Origin: a virus
IMG/VR virus record: IMGVR_UViG_3300047157_000105
Coordinates: 76,544-140,543 of that record
Direction: 5' to 3' (one strand)
Length of the DNA stretch: 64,000 nucleotides
Shown: positions 16,860 to 26,215 of the stretch, one piece after another
Layout of the letters: every line of letters begins with the position of its first letter
Numbering within the stretch: position 1 is the first letter of the stretch
Program-made: the position numbers and the translations under genes
The notes under the pieces: generated by a model
Databases searched by the model: none
Told to the model about the DNA's origin: nothing
What the model saw: only the letters and a program-made list of their open reading frames with translations

Positions 16860-17434
16860 GAATGACAGGATATGAGGCCTTCACATTACATAACGCAATT
16901 AACCTCCACTTTAATGGATCTTACGATTGCTTTAAGTATAATTTTAAAACTAACGTAACTGAAAAGACGTATTGGAAAAGGCCAGATAAATTTCAGTTAA
17001 CAAAGATTGGTAAAAGGTTTAAGAGTAAAGATGATATTATTATGTACTTTGCTGCACATCAAGTAGCAGGTAATAAGTATAGTGGTGATATGATCAGAGA
17101 CGAAGAGACTTATACCAAGTTCCTAAAAGTTATAGATAGTATGTCTTATGTATTTAGGAATGAGCTAGAACAGATTTCAGATGTAAAGTTTGATGATCTC
17201 TTGGAGATAGAAGAAACATATCCAAGAATTGTCCAGCTTCATCTCGAAGGCACGGTTTCATTAGAGACTGTGTGTATCATAAACCGCTTGACTGGGTTTA
17301 TTGATAGGGCAAACAAACAGATCACAGAAACTATTCTATGGCCTGATTTGTTTAATAAGATATCAAAGTATCAATCTTTCTTAAAGTTTGATGACAATAA
17401 GTTTAAAAAGATTATTGTTGATATCTTTAAATAA
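16856..17434 (+). CDS. gp59: Helicase loader
   Basis: LHF..SYD.FKYN.K and VSLET motifs; lies between gp33 and gp32. Confidence 0.85.
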   Translation: MRMTGYEAFTLHNAINLHFNGSYDCFKYNFKTNVTEKTYWKRPDKFQLTKIGKRFKSKDDIIMYFAAHQVAGNKYSGDMIRDEETYTKFLKVIDSMSYVFRNELEQISDVKFDDLLEIEETYPRIVQLHLEGTVSLETVCIINRLTGFIDRANKQITETILWPDLFNKISKYQSFLKFDDNKFKKIIVDIFK

Positions 17435-17435
17435 G

Positions 17436-17465
17436 TATGTACTTTTAGCAAAAGTATGTTATAAT
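17436..17465 (+). promoter_or_regulatory. TATGTAC-class promoter for gp32
   Basis: TGTAC at 17438-17442, a 17-nt spacer, TGtTATAAT ending at 17465. Confidence 0.75.
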
Positions 17466-17509
17466 ATACAATGATACAAATTTATACTAATAATTAAAGG
17501 AGATGTACA

Positions 17510-18397
17510 ATGAGTTTTGCAGACTTAAAGGCGAAAGCTAATGACATGAGCGCATTAGTTGGTGCGGCCGGAACAGGCACCACAGAGAAGAAATCATATG
17601 GCGACGATCGTATGTGGAAACCCACGGTAGATAAAGCAGGTAACGGTTATGCTGTTATTCGTTTCTTACCGACTGTTGAAGGTGATGACTTACCTTGGGC
17701 AAAGTATTGGGACCACTTCTTTCAAGGACCGACTGGACAATGGTATGTTGAGAAATCACTTACTACTATTCAGAAGGACGATCCAGTATCTGAAATGAAT
17801 TCTAAACTTTGGAATACAGGTATTGAAGCTGACAAAGATTTAGCACGTAAGCGTAAGCGTAGATTACATTATGTGTCAAACATCTATGTGGTTTCGGATC
17901 CTGAGAATCCTGAAAACGAAGGTAAAGTATTTCTATATACTTACGGTGCTAAGATCTTTGAGAAGATTATGGATAGCATGCAACCTAAGTTTCAAGATGA
18001 AACACCAGTTAACCCATTTGATATGTGGAAAGGTGCTAACTTTAAAATGAAGATCGCTAATGTTGCTGGTTACAGGAACTATGACAGATCTGAATTTGCT
18101 CCTGCTGAAGCCTTGAATGCCGATGATTCTGTGCTCGAAGGTATCTACAACAAGCAGTATGCACTAAGTGAGTTTACTGATCCATCATCATTTAAATCTT
18201 ACAGTGAACTTAATCTTAAGTTGACACGTGTGTTAGGTGAGGAAGTAAAGATGGCAGCACCAGAAGATGATGCTCCATTTAATGATGCACCTGCAATGTC
18301 TGATCCTGTTGCAACAGCCGCTGATCCAGTAGCCAGAGCTGATTCGGACAATGATGATACTATGAGTTATTTTGCTAAACTAGCAGCTGAAGCTTAA
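17510..18397 (+). CDS. gp32: Single-stranded DNA-binding protein
   Basis: DDRMWKP..DKAGNGYAVIRFLP, NPFD.W.GANF and an acidic tail ending YFAKLA. Confidence 0.96.
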   Translation: MSFADLKAKANDMSALVGAAGTGTTEKKSYGDDRMWKPTVDKAGNGYAVIRFLPTVEGDDLPWAKYWDHFFQGPTGQWYVEKSLTTIQKDDPVSEMNSKLWNTGIEADKDLARKRKRRLHYVSNIYVVSDPENPENEGKVFLYTYGAKIFEKIMDSMQPKFQDETPVNPFDMWKGANFKMKIANVAGYRNYDRSEFAPAEALNADDSVLEGIYNKQYALSEFTDPSSFKSYSELNLKLTRVLGEEVKMAAPEDDAPFNDAPAMSDPVATAADPVARADSDNDDTMSYFAKLAAEA

Positions 18398-18415
18398 GAG
18401 TTAATCAGTTATTGA

Positions 18416-18440
18416 GAAGGGGACGAAAGTCCCCTTTTTT
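18416..18440. terminator. Intrinsic terminator between convergent operons
   Basis: AAGGGGAC-GAAA-GTCCCCTT followed by TTTT. Confidence 0.85.
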
Positions 18441-18448
18441 AGTAGCTA

Positions 18449-20209
18449 CTATGGGTACGCGAGCATATCACTGGTAACGCCTTCAAAAACAGAGCGCAGC
18501 TGATAACCATGAACATGCGTGTGATTATTTGTAATCATATCTCCACTATTTCCAGTAATAATTGTTGTAGGTCCTCTTGTACCTCCAGATCCAAGAGATT
18601 GTAGTCTTTCCTTTTCTTCTACTTTTAAATTAGAAAATAAATCACCATCTCTATCTCTAGATAATATGTCATTTACTCCGGCAGAATTAAGAATACCAGC
18701 AAGCTCATCTACATTCCATCCTAAAAACCCTAACTGCTTTATTAGTTTATCTCTTTGACTAGCAGTTTTTGCTTTCATTAATTCTTTAATTTTTGCAATA
18801 GCTTTATTTTTTCTATCAGCACTAGAAAAAGCTCCATTGTTCCTATCAGGTGCTAATAGTCTAGCAAGTTCATCATTACTATTTGGACCAATTAAATCTG
18901 TAGTGTCTGCAGCCACATCATTTATCATTGTGTCTAGAGCTGCTTCAGCTTCTTCTTCATTTTGTGCATACGACTTCATAGCCCAACTACCTAATTCCCA
19001 TGCAACCCATGCTCCAAATCCCCAAGGACCCATAAATCTTAATAGGCCTCTTCCAGTTAAAGATAAACCTCTTTTAAATCCTGGATTAGAATATAATCTT
19101 CCGCGTAAACTATTTTTAGGTGCATTTTTATATGTTGTTCTTAATTTATCTCCTACTTGTTTAGCCACATTTTGAACGATTGTGGCTCTCGATAATAAGG
19201 ATGCAGTACCTGCCATTATAAACATGTTATCTATACTTTTAGAAAATGCACCTTGTCCTGGTAAATCAGGTAAATCTTCAGGCGGTAAGACATCACTAGT
19301 TAACTCTACATCATTCATCTCTTCGCCGTCATCAGAATTTGCTATACCTAAGAACGAACCTGCTAATAGAGTTGCTAAAACAAGCGGCCATCTTCTTGGA
19401 TTACCTAACATTCCTAGCATTTTCTTTGATAATCTATAGCCTTTAAATATTTTTAATCCAAGCTTTTTAAAGCGTTGACTCATTACTCTTTTAAAACCTC
19501 TTTTCGTACCAAACCCAAACCATTTTTTCATTCCAGCAAGTAAACCAACTCCACCAGCGCCAGCTGCCCCACCAAGAGCATTAGCCAAGACAGATTCACT
19601 AAATCCTATTCCTCCAATATCACTTAGATCAGGTAATGCCATAGTTTGACCAATCCCTCTTGCTCCTGGTCCACCTAATTTTATTGCTTCTCTTCTTGCT
19701 TCTTCTTGTAATCTAAGTTGAGTATTAAATCTTTTTGTTTCTTCTCCGTATTGAGTAGTATGTATTCCAGCTATTTGAGATAATATATCTCCAATACCTA
19801 ATAGTAAATGTTTTACATCAATATGAGCATCTGCAAAAGTACCTACATCTAATAATTTGTTTCCGATAAATTCTTGTTTTTCTTCATCCCAAGTAGAAAC
19901 TATACTTGAGTTGATAGATTTTAGTAATCTATTTCTTTCAGTATTCTTTTTGCCTTCAGCAGTCTTTGTTATATTTGTATCAACGAATGTTTTTGCTTGA
20001 CCTGCAATAAATCTACGACGAAAGTCCTCGCTCGAAGATACAATTGATTCTTGTTGTACTTCTTGTGTTTCACCTTGTAATGCAATTTGTTCAGCACGTT
20101 TGGCTTCTTCTGATTCTCTTAATCTATCACGTACACTACTAGCATTCAGCTTTCGTAACTGACCAACGACCTCTTGGAGTAACATCACATTTTGTTCTTT
20201 CTTAGCCAT
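18449..20209 (-). CDS. Candidate tape-measure / baseplate hub protein (gp29-like position)
   Basis: 586 aa, helical and Gly/Ala-rich with hydrophobic segments, directly downstream of gp26/gp51. Call rests on synteny and size only. Confidence 0.5.
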   Translation of the reverse strand: MAKKEQNVMLLQEVVGQLRKLNASSVRDRLRESEEAKRAEQIALQGETQEVQQESIVSSSEDFRRRFIAGQAKTFVDTNITKTAEGKKNTERNRLLKSINSSIVSTWDEEKQEFIGNKLLDVGTFADAHIDVKHLLLGIGDILSQIAGIHTTQYGEETKRFNTQLRLQEEARREAIKLGGPGARGIGQTMALPDLSDIGGIGFSESVLANALGGAAGAGGVGLLAGMKKWFGFGTKRGFKRVMSQRFKKLGLKIFKGYRLSKKMLGMLGNPRRWPLVLATLLAGSFLGIANSDDGEEMNDVELTSDVLPPEDLPDLPGQGAFSKSIDNMFIMAGTASLLSRATIVQNVAKQVGDKLRTTYKNAPKNSLRGRLYSNPGFKRGLSLTGRGLLRFMGPWGFGAWVAWELGSWAMKSYAQNEEEAEAALDTMINDVAADTTDLIGPNSNDELARLLAPDRNNGAFSSADRKNKAIAKIKELMKAKTASQRDKLIKQLGFLGWNVDELAGILNSAGVNDILSRDRDGDLFSNLKVEEKERLQSLGSGGTRGPTTIITGNSGDMITNNHTHVHGYQLRSVFEGVTSDMLAYP

Positions 20210-20393
20210 TTTGTTTTTTTATCCTTTCGTTTTGTTCTTTAACATGTTCCTGTAAAAGGGTTAAATAAATCTCCCTTTCCCATGGAATCATGTTATCTAG
20301 CTCTTCTAACCCAAAATTATGCTGATGCATTAAAGCAAAATTTAGTTTATAATAACTTATAACGCTACTATGAGAAAGGGTTATTGAAAAAAA
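20202..20393 (-). CDS. gp51: gp51-like baseplate hub assembly protein frame (probably entered by -1 frameshift from gp26)
   Basis: 63-codon open frame FFSITLSHSSVISYYKLNFALMHQHNFGLEELDNMIPWEREIYLTLLQEHVKEQNERIKKQNG*; first ATG is only at 20330. Confidence 0.75.
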   Translation of the reverse strand, partial: FFSITLSHSSVISYYKLNFALMHQHNFGLEELDNMIPWEREIYLTLLQEHVKEQNERIKKQNG

Positions 20394-21088
20394 TCAGATA
20401 ACCCGTTTAACTCTATACTATTACTTTCACCACATTTCTTACAATCAAAATTTAAATCATAACTTAGATAAGGGGCTTTTGCCATCACATCAACTACTTG
20501 ATTAAATTGTTCATTACTTAAACTTTCAACAAATTCTTTTACTTCTTTCTTAGGCACATCAGCAGTAACATATATTTCTTCACCGCTATATATTGTACCA
20601 ATTGTAGATGCCATCATATTAATAATTGTTTCAGTCTCACTGGCTTCGTCTACTAAATCAATGTGTCTATGTTTCATGGTAGGCCATTGCAATTCAACAC
20701 TTATATCATCTGTTAATTTAATCATTGTATCTGTTTGATCTTTAAGATTCTTAACAGTAACCTCATCTAAATCAAGTTTTACTTCATTTGTTTCTTCACA
20801 ACTTGCACAGTTGGGAGATAACTTAATACCTTCACCTACTGACTTTGCACGTAAAGTCACAAACATAAATTCAACATCAAAATTTGTTAGTGTATTAATA
20901 TCAAGAGGTGATTCTATGCACTCCTCAATAATATTCATAACAGCATTCTCAATCTGTTTTTCATCTTGAGATTCCATTGCGATTAACAATAGTTTCTCTT
21001 CTTTGACCACGTATGGTCTATATGTAATACTTTTGCCTGTTGAAGGCACAATCATATCATACTTTGGTGTTACCATTTTTGGTAGCAT
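20381..21088 (-). CDS. gp26: Baseplate hub subunit / assembly chaperone
   Basis: LPK...PKY...PSTGK.I.YRPY.VKEEK.LL, LRAKSVGE and C-terminal C..C...GL.DFF. Confidence 0.88.
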   Translation of the reverse strand: MLPKMVTPKYDMIVPSTGKSITYRPYVVKEEKLLLIAMESQDEKQIENAVMNIIEECIESPLDINTLTNFDVEFMFVTLRAKSVGEGIKLSPNCASCEETNEVKLDLDEVTVKNLKDQTDTMIKLTDDISVELQWPTMKHRHIDLVDEASETETIINMMASTIGTIYSGEEIYVTADVPKKEVKEFVESLSNEQFNQVVDVMAKAPYLSYDLNFDCKKCGESNSIELNGLSDFFQ

Positions 21089-21112
21089 ATCAATTTACTC
21101 CATTATTAAAAT

Positions 21113-21733
21113 TTAACTATGTGGTCCTCTTAAAGGAGGAAGCCACGAATCTGACGAACTTCTTTTATTCTCACGATCTTTGGTTGTTTTCCAATTATCA
21201 TATTCCCATGTTACTGTTACTTCTATGATTCCATCAGCACCTTCACCTAATTCAACCTGACTTACTTGTATTGGGTAAGCATTTACTAAAGTGACTGAAT
21301 ATCCTACTGAATCTTCTTTGTCTCCTTGCAAAGCTGCTATAACTACATCCGCAACATAATCTTTTTTATAGTGAGTTTTATAATGATTACCAGTGCTATT
21401 TACAATCATCTCTTGCCATAGATCAAAATATTTTTTCATATAATAATCACCGGTTAATAAGAAGCTCATTGTGACTTCATCAGTAGCCATTGAATACGGC
21501 TTTTTTGCAAGGTGATGATTATGTGTGGCTTCAGTAGTAGATATACGTTTACCTGGTAGTACCGCAGCTGTACATAATATCCATGTATCGCGACCGTCTG
21601 TTACCCAATTATTATCACTCCCTTGGCTATTTCTAAGTGTAGGATGACTGAAATGAACACCGTATCTATTGCCGCGTGCTATATTTTTACGTTTAGATAA
21701 TAATGCTTTCATGTTATCTATTGGATTTGGCAT
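21113..21733 (-). CDS. Baseplate tail-tube initiator (gp54-like)
   Basis: LPG....T, PY, FD.WQ..I, YK.DY and NAYP tube-fold motifs; start set at coupled ATG 21733. Confidence 0.65.
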   Translation of the reverse strand: MPNPIDNMKALLSKRKNIARGNRYGVHFSHPTLRNSQGSDNNWVTDGRDTWILCTAAVLPGKRISTTEATHNHHLAKKPYSMATDEVTMSFLLTGDYYMKKYFDLWQEMIVNSTGNHYKTHYKKDYVADVVIAALQGDKEDSVGYSVTLVNAYPIQVSQVELGEGADGIIEVTVTWEYDNWKTTKDRENKRSSSDSWLPPLRGPHS

Positions 21734-22317
21734 TAGTATTGTCTCCTTGAATCTGACCAAACTGTGCCAACACTGGCTTTCTTAAAGTTTGCTGTTTGTA
21801 AAAATATTGCTATATTCCATTCTGCAGCATTTACCTTCATTATGTTTGATGTTACATTTGCTGACAAGTAATGTTTAAAGCATGGCTTAAAATATTTATA
21901 GCTTCTTGTTGCCATTAATAGATTATACGTTATCTTAAATCTTGTAGTCTTATCAAACTTTTGATTAGAAGCTGTATCGTTTAATTTATCTAAGAAGATT
22001 GCACGAACTTTAGGTGGTAGATAATGTAAGTTAATACCATAGAATCCGTCTTTTGCAGGACCAACAACAATCGTTAATGGAAAAGCATCATAGTAAGGCA
22101 GGGTCTTTTTAAGCTTTGGATTATATGTATACATCACCATATCACCAGGTGAGGCACCAGATTGCTTACGTAATCTATCATCTCCTAACATTTTACCTGC
22201 GCCTATCTTACCAAGCTTTGAAACATTCGATGCAAACCAATCATTTGCTTCTTTACTACGAGCCTTTAATCCTTTACGGAATGCTTCGCCTTCTAACTTA
22301 TCGAATAAACTAGCCAC
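21733..22317 (-). CDS. gp2: DNA end protector protein
   Basis: Y.PK.K.TLPYYD.FPL, FYGINLHYLPP..R and PCFKHYL. Confidence 0.88.
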   Translation of the reverse strand: MASLFDKLEGEAFRKGLKARSKEANDWFASNVSKLGKIGAGKMLGDDRLRKQSGASPGDMVMYTYNPKLKKTLPYYDAFPLTIVVGPAKDGFYGINLHYLPPKVRAIFLDKLNDTASNQKFDKTTRFKITYNLLMATRSYKYFKPCFKHYLSANVTSNIMKVNAAEWNIAIFLQTANFKKASVGTVWSDSRRQY

Positions 22318-22504
22318 TAAATGTCTCCATTAATTGAGGTCCAAATACCACCATAATATATGCAATGATCGTCATAGCAGCTATACCGCCTAATAAGAAC
22401 TTTATTTTAAAATCATCCACCATCATTTTAAATCCTATTATTTCATTCCCTAATATTCTTAGAGATAATTCTAGCTTGCCTTCGCTTTGATCTTCTTCTT
22501 TCAT
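22310..22504 (-). CDS. Small membrane protein
   Basis: C-terminal hydrophobic helix; ATG 22504 lies 5 nt after a minus-strand TATAAATA (22510-22517). Confidence 0.6.
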   Translation of the reverse strand: MKEEDQSEGKLELSLRILGNEIIGFKMMVDDFKIKFLLGGIAAMTIIAYIMVVFGPQLMETFSG

Positions 22505-22512
22505 AACTATAT

Positions 22513-23010
22513 TTATACTCTTTTCTTCAGTGATTTCCATATTCTTTTGCCAGTCTTTGTTTTGCTGGCTTTGAATCTCATTGTCATAGTTTTAATACCC
22601 ATTGCTTCAAGTTCTTTTTCTGTCCATATCTGAAACTCATAACCACGTTCATCACAAAACTTTTGTGCATACTTCCACTTCGAAGTATTCTTCATATAGG
22701 TTAAAGCCTCATTAAGTTTTTTACGTTTAGGTGGTTGTGTTTGAGATGATGGTTTAATTTCAACTAAGAGGGTACGACCACTTGTAGTTCGTATAGTGAG
22801 GTCAACAAAGTATCTATGAGGTTTATTATCGGTTGCGCATATATAACCTATAACAGTTTCTTCAGAGTTCCACCATTTAACCCATGATGCATCATCTAAA
22901 TGTCTAAACGCATTGCGTTCCCATAATGATCTGTAATGTATTTTATTGGGATCACCTTTATACTTATGAAGGTTCTTAGGTTTCCATGATCCAGAATATG
23001 TTTTTTTCAT
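22513..23010 (-). CDS. gp4: Head completion nuclease
   Basis: P.N..KY.GD...I.YRSLWE, W.SEE, HRYF.D, LVEIKP..QT.PP and KW..A. Confidence 0.9.
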   Translation of the reverse strand: MKKTYSGSWKPKNLHKYKGDPNKIHYRSLWERNAFRHLDDASWVKWWNSEETVIGYICATDNKPHRYFVDLTIRTTSGRTLLVEIKPSSQTQPPKRKKLNEALTYMKNTSKWKYAQKFCDERGYEFQIWTEKELEAMGIKTMTMRFKASKTKTGKRIWKSLKKRV

Positions 23011-23015
23011 ACAAC

Positions 23016-23039
23016 TATTTATACAAACCCGTATAAATA
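23016..23039. promoter_or_regulatory. Back-to-back divergent late promoters
   Basis: TATTTATA at 23016-23023 (- strand) and TATAAATA at 23032-23039 (+ strand). Confidence 0.8.
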
Positions 23040-23065
23040 ACTATATAACAACCAAAGGACCAATT

Positions 23066-24298
23066 ATGGCTTTAAGCAATTTTTTTAATGGCGCTGGTAC
23101 AGTATCACCGGCATTTTCTAGGAAACTAGATGGTGCAATGGATCCATCACACGTTTTTAAACATAATCAATTTAGAAGAACAAGAACTAAACCATTTGAT
23201 TTAAAATATCCTCATACTGTTGGAGATGCTCCTTCAAGCTTATCAGTAGATTATAATACTAATTTATCAAGTGAATTTGCAACAACAAGAGCTTCTGAAG
23301 GTATAGACAAGGAAGCAATTGAACCATTTGTCTTTTTTGAATTTATGGAAATAATACCTAAATTAAAAGAAGAGAAAAATGAAAGGCGAAGACAGTATAA
23401 ACAAGCATTAAAGCCTGGTATATTAGAAGGTAAAAAAGCCGCAGAAGTACCAGGAGCACTTGCTAGTGCACTTAAAAATAATATAGAATATTCACTAGTT
23501 GGAAATATAAATGATATAGAAGAAAATGAAGAGGCGATTGCTAAAAGCGGAGAAGTAATAACTAAAGGAATAACCGAAGCAAAAGAAAGCGGATTACTTA
23601 AACCGGCATTAAGACAATATAAAGGTTCTATAGCAATGTATATGCCTACTGATATTCAAATAAATGATTCTATAGCATATAATGAAAACACTCGAAAAAC
23701 ATTTGGAGTTATACAAGGCTTAGCCGAAGGCGATGTGGATGCTGAAAACGTAGGTGTAAAACTGGCCGCACAGGCAGGAACAATTGGACTTGGTAGATTT
23801 TTAGGATACCTAGGTGGAAAAATGAGTATTGGTGGTGATTCAGCCTCTAATTTAGGTACTTTATTAGGTGCTGCTGGTGTTGGTACTGTAATGGATGAAT
23901 ATCAAAGATCTACTGGTAAGGCATCTAATCCTCATGATTATATGGCATATCAAAATACTGCTTTAAGAAGTTTTACATATACATTTACATTTTTACCAGA
24001 TAGCAAAGAAGAATCAGTAGATGTGGCAGAGATCATTAAACAATTTAGACATGCTGCTCACGCTGAGAGACTTGATGCTGTTGCATTAACTGTACCAGAA
24101 CATGTTATTATATCGCATCACGGAGCAGGAGATATGATTCAGTTACCTCCTGTAGTAATTGAATCTGTTAATGTAGCTTATAACCCTAATAATTCTTCAT
24201 TCTTTATAGAAGGTGGACATCCGGTTGAAGTTGGATTAAGTGTAACATTTAAAGAAATTGTTCCGCTTTATAAACAAGATGTTGAAGGAGGTATGTAA
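23066..24298 (+). CDS. gp48: Baseplate tail-tube cap
   Basis: I..YMP..I, NP.....Y....LRSF.Y.F.F.P....E...V..II..F and L.V.FKE motifs. Confidence 0.75.
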   Translation: MALSNFFNGAGTVSPAFSRKLDGAMDPSHVFKHNQFRRTRTKPFDLKYPHTVGDAPSSLSVDYNTNLSSEFATTRASEGIDKEAIEPFVFFEFMEIIPKLKEEKNERRRQYKQALKPGILEGKKAAEVPGALASALKNNIEYSLVGNINDIEENEEAIAKSGEVITKGITEAKESGLLKPALRQYKGSIAMYMPTDIQINDSIAYNENTRKTFGVIQGLAEGDVDAENVGVKLAAQAGTIGLGRFLGYLGGKMSIGGDSASNLGTLLGAAGVGTVMDEYQRSTGKASNPHDYMAYQNTALRSFTYTFTFLPDSKEESVDVAEIIKQFRHAAHAERLDAVALTVPEHVIISHHGAGDMIQLPPVVIESVNVAYNPNNSSFFIEGGHPVEVGLSVTFKEIVPLYKQDVEGGM

Positions 24299-25002
24299 TG
24301 TATTTCTCAAATATACAAGATGTAGGAATTGATGTAGATGGATCTGGTAATATAGATGCATTAAAAAATTTGACTGCACGAGCAAAAATAAGTGAAGAAC
24401 TATTAAATAGCGGAGGTTTTTATGAAACAGTTACAGTTGAAGAAGGTGAAAGACCAGATCATTTAAGTAAACGATTATACAATGTTGAAACATATCATTG
24501 GACTTTCTTATTACTTAATCCTCAAATAAAAAATATATGGGATGATTGGCCAATGGGGTCATCACAGTTAATAGAATATTGTACAAATAAATATCAATAC
24601 TTGGCTGCTGATACAGATGATGATCTTAATAATAAATTTATACTTGGTGAAACAGTACAAGGTAGTGTATCTGGTGCTTTAGGGAAAATTAAAGAAATAC
24701 ATGTTAATTTAGGTTATGTCACAATTGATTTAACCTCTGGCACATTTTCTGAAACCGGTGAAACTATTAATGGTATTAATTCTCAAGATTCTGTCACGTG
24801 TAATTTTATTAAGTCGCAGGCTTATGCACCGCATCATCATAGAAACACTGCTGGAGTTAGAGTAAAACGTAGTTCTACAACAGTGCCTTATACATTAATC
24901 GATTATGAGACAGCTATTATGGATCAAAATAGACAAATTAAAGCTATTAGACCTGAACATATAAACACTGTAGCAAATGCGTTTATAGCAACAATGTCAT
25001 AA
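24298..25002 (+). CDS. gp53: Baseplate wedge subunit
   Basis: MYF, LysM-like GERPD..S..LY....YHW..LL.N, WP and C-terminal R.IK.IRP. Confidence 0.82.
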   Translation: MYFSNIQDVGIDVDGSGNIDALKNLTARAKISEELLNSGGFYETVTVEEGERPDHLSKRLYNVETYHWTFLLLNPQIKNIWDDWPMGSSQLIEYCTNKYQYLAADTDDDLNNKFILGETVQGSVSGALGKIKEIHVNLGYVTIDLTSGTFSETGETINGINSQDSVTCNFIKSQAYAPHHHRNTAGVRVKRSSTTVPYTLIDYETAIMDQNRQIKAIRPEHINTVANAFIATMS

Positions 25003-25006
25003 CATT

Positions 25007-26215
25007 ATGTTATTAGATTCATTTAAAGTAACTGCGGCTACTACTAACATTACCGATATGGTAATGGGAATGACATTCTTTGAAAGTATTAATGGCCTAT
25101 TAAAAGGCAATATTCAAATGCTTGATGGTGCCAACTTTTTTGATGTAGTAATTGGTGAACAAGATAAATTATGTCCAGTTGAAATTGAATTTAAATATTT
25201 AGCTAATAAACCTGTTATTCTTCGATTTATGATTGATGGTGTTAATCAGATGAAAATATTTAAATCTGAAAAGTCATACGTAATGCATTTAATTAGTTTT
25301 GAAGAATTTAATTTAAAATTAAATGATATTAATGATGTTTATAATGGAACTGCTGAAGAAGTTGTTGCAGGGATTTATACTCAGAGCATGGGAGAAAACA
25401 ATGTATTACAGATTAATACATTATCAACAACAAATGGAAAATATGTTGTTCCAAATATACCTGCGATAGAAGCAATAGCTAATGTAACATATGCGGCAGT
25501 TGATGCAAATTATACTGGATTTTATTTTTATCAAAGGTTATATGATGAAGGAAAATGCAGATTTGGATCTCTCCATTCGATGTCAATAGATTTTCATAAA
25601 AGAGATGATGGTAAAGTTATGAAAATATCAAACGCCGATATTAGCTTAAAAGAATTAAATGATAATGATATAATGTCAGAAGGTTCAGCAAGTATATTTG
25701 AATTAGAAGAATATAGAATGCATCATAGTGATAAACTTGCTAGAGGAGAATACGGTCATAAAATTCATCATATAGAATTAGATAAAACTAATTTAAAAAA
25801 GAATGAACCAATAATTAAAAATCAAACTCAAGTTGAAACGACAAGATATAAAATATCTGAATTTATATATGGTAGACCAATTACTATACCGCCTGGCCCG
25901 CATTCTGATGAAGAACCAGAAACTTATGAACAAAAATCTTTATTTCACGATGTTAATTCTCCTAATACCCAAGCAGCAGTAAATTTAAAAAAGAGAATAT
26001 ATAATAATACACTTAATGTTAGTGGTATGGTTCCAGCTGCATATATGGGAGTTGGCCAATCGGTAGAAGTAGAATTAGGAAGAGCTTCACCTGAAGAAAA
26101 TATTTCGGGAGGAACATATATTATAGCAGATATAAATCATATATTTAAAATTACAGATAGCGGTGCTGGAATGGATTATGTTCAAAATGTTAAACTATTA
26201 AGAGAGTATGCATAA
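25007..26215 (+). CDS. Baseplate hub protein (gp27-like)
   Basis: Position between gp53 and gp5; FFESI...L.G.I...D, FYFYQ and SGGTYII..I.H motifs. Confidence 0.6.
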   Translation: MLLDSFKVTAATTNITDMVMGMTFFESINGLLKGNIQMLDGANFFDVVIGEQDKLCPVEIEFKYLANKPVILRFMIDGVNQMKIFKSEKSYVMHLISFEEFNLKLNDINDVYNGTAEEVVAGIYTQSMGENNVLQINTLSTTNGKYVVPNIPAIEAIANVTYAAVDANYTGFYFYQRLYDEGKCRFGSLHSMSIDFHKRDDGKVMKISNADISLKELNDNDIMSEGSASIFELEEYRMHHSDKLARGEYGHKIHHIELDKTNLKKNEPIIKNQTQVETTRYKISEFIYGRPITIPPGPHSDEEPETYEQKSLFHDVNSPNTQAAVNLKKRIYNNTLNVSGMVPAAYMGVGQSVEVELGRASPEENISGGTYIIADINHIFKITDSGAGMDYVQNVKLLREYA

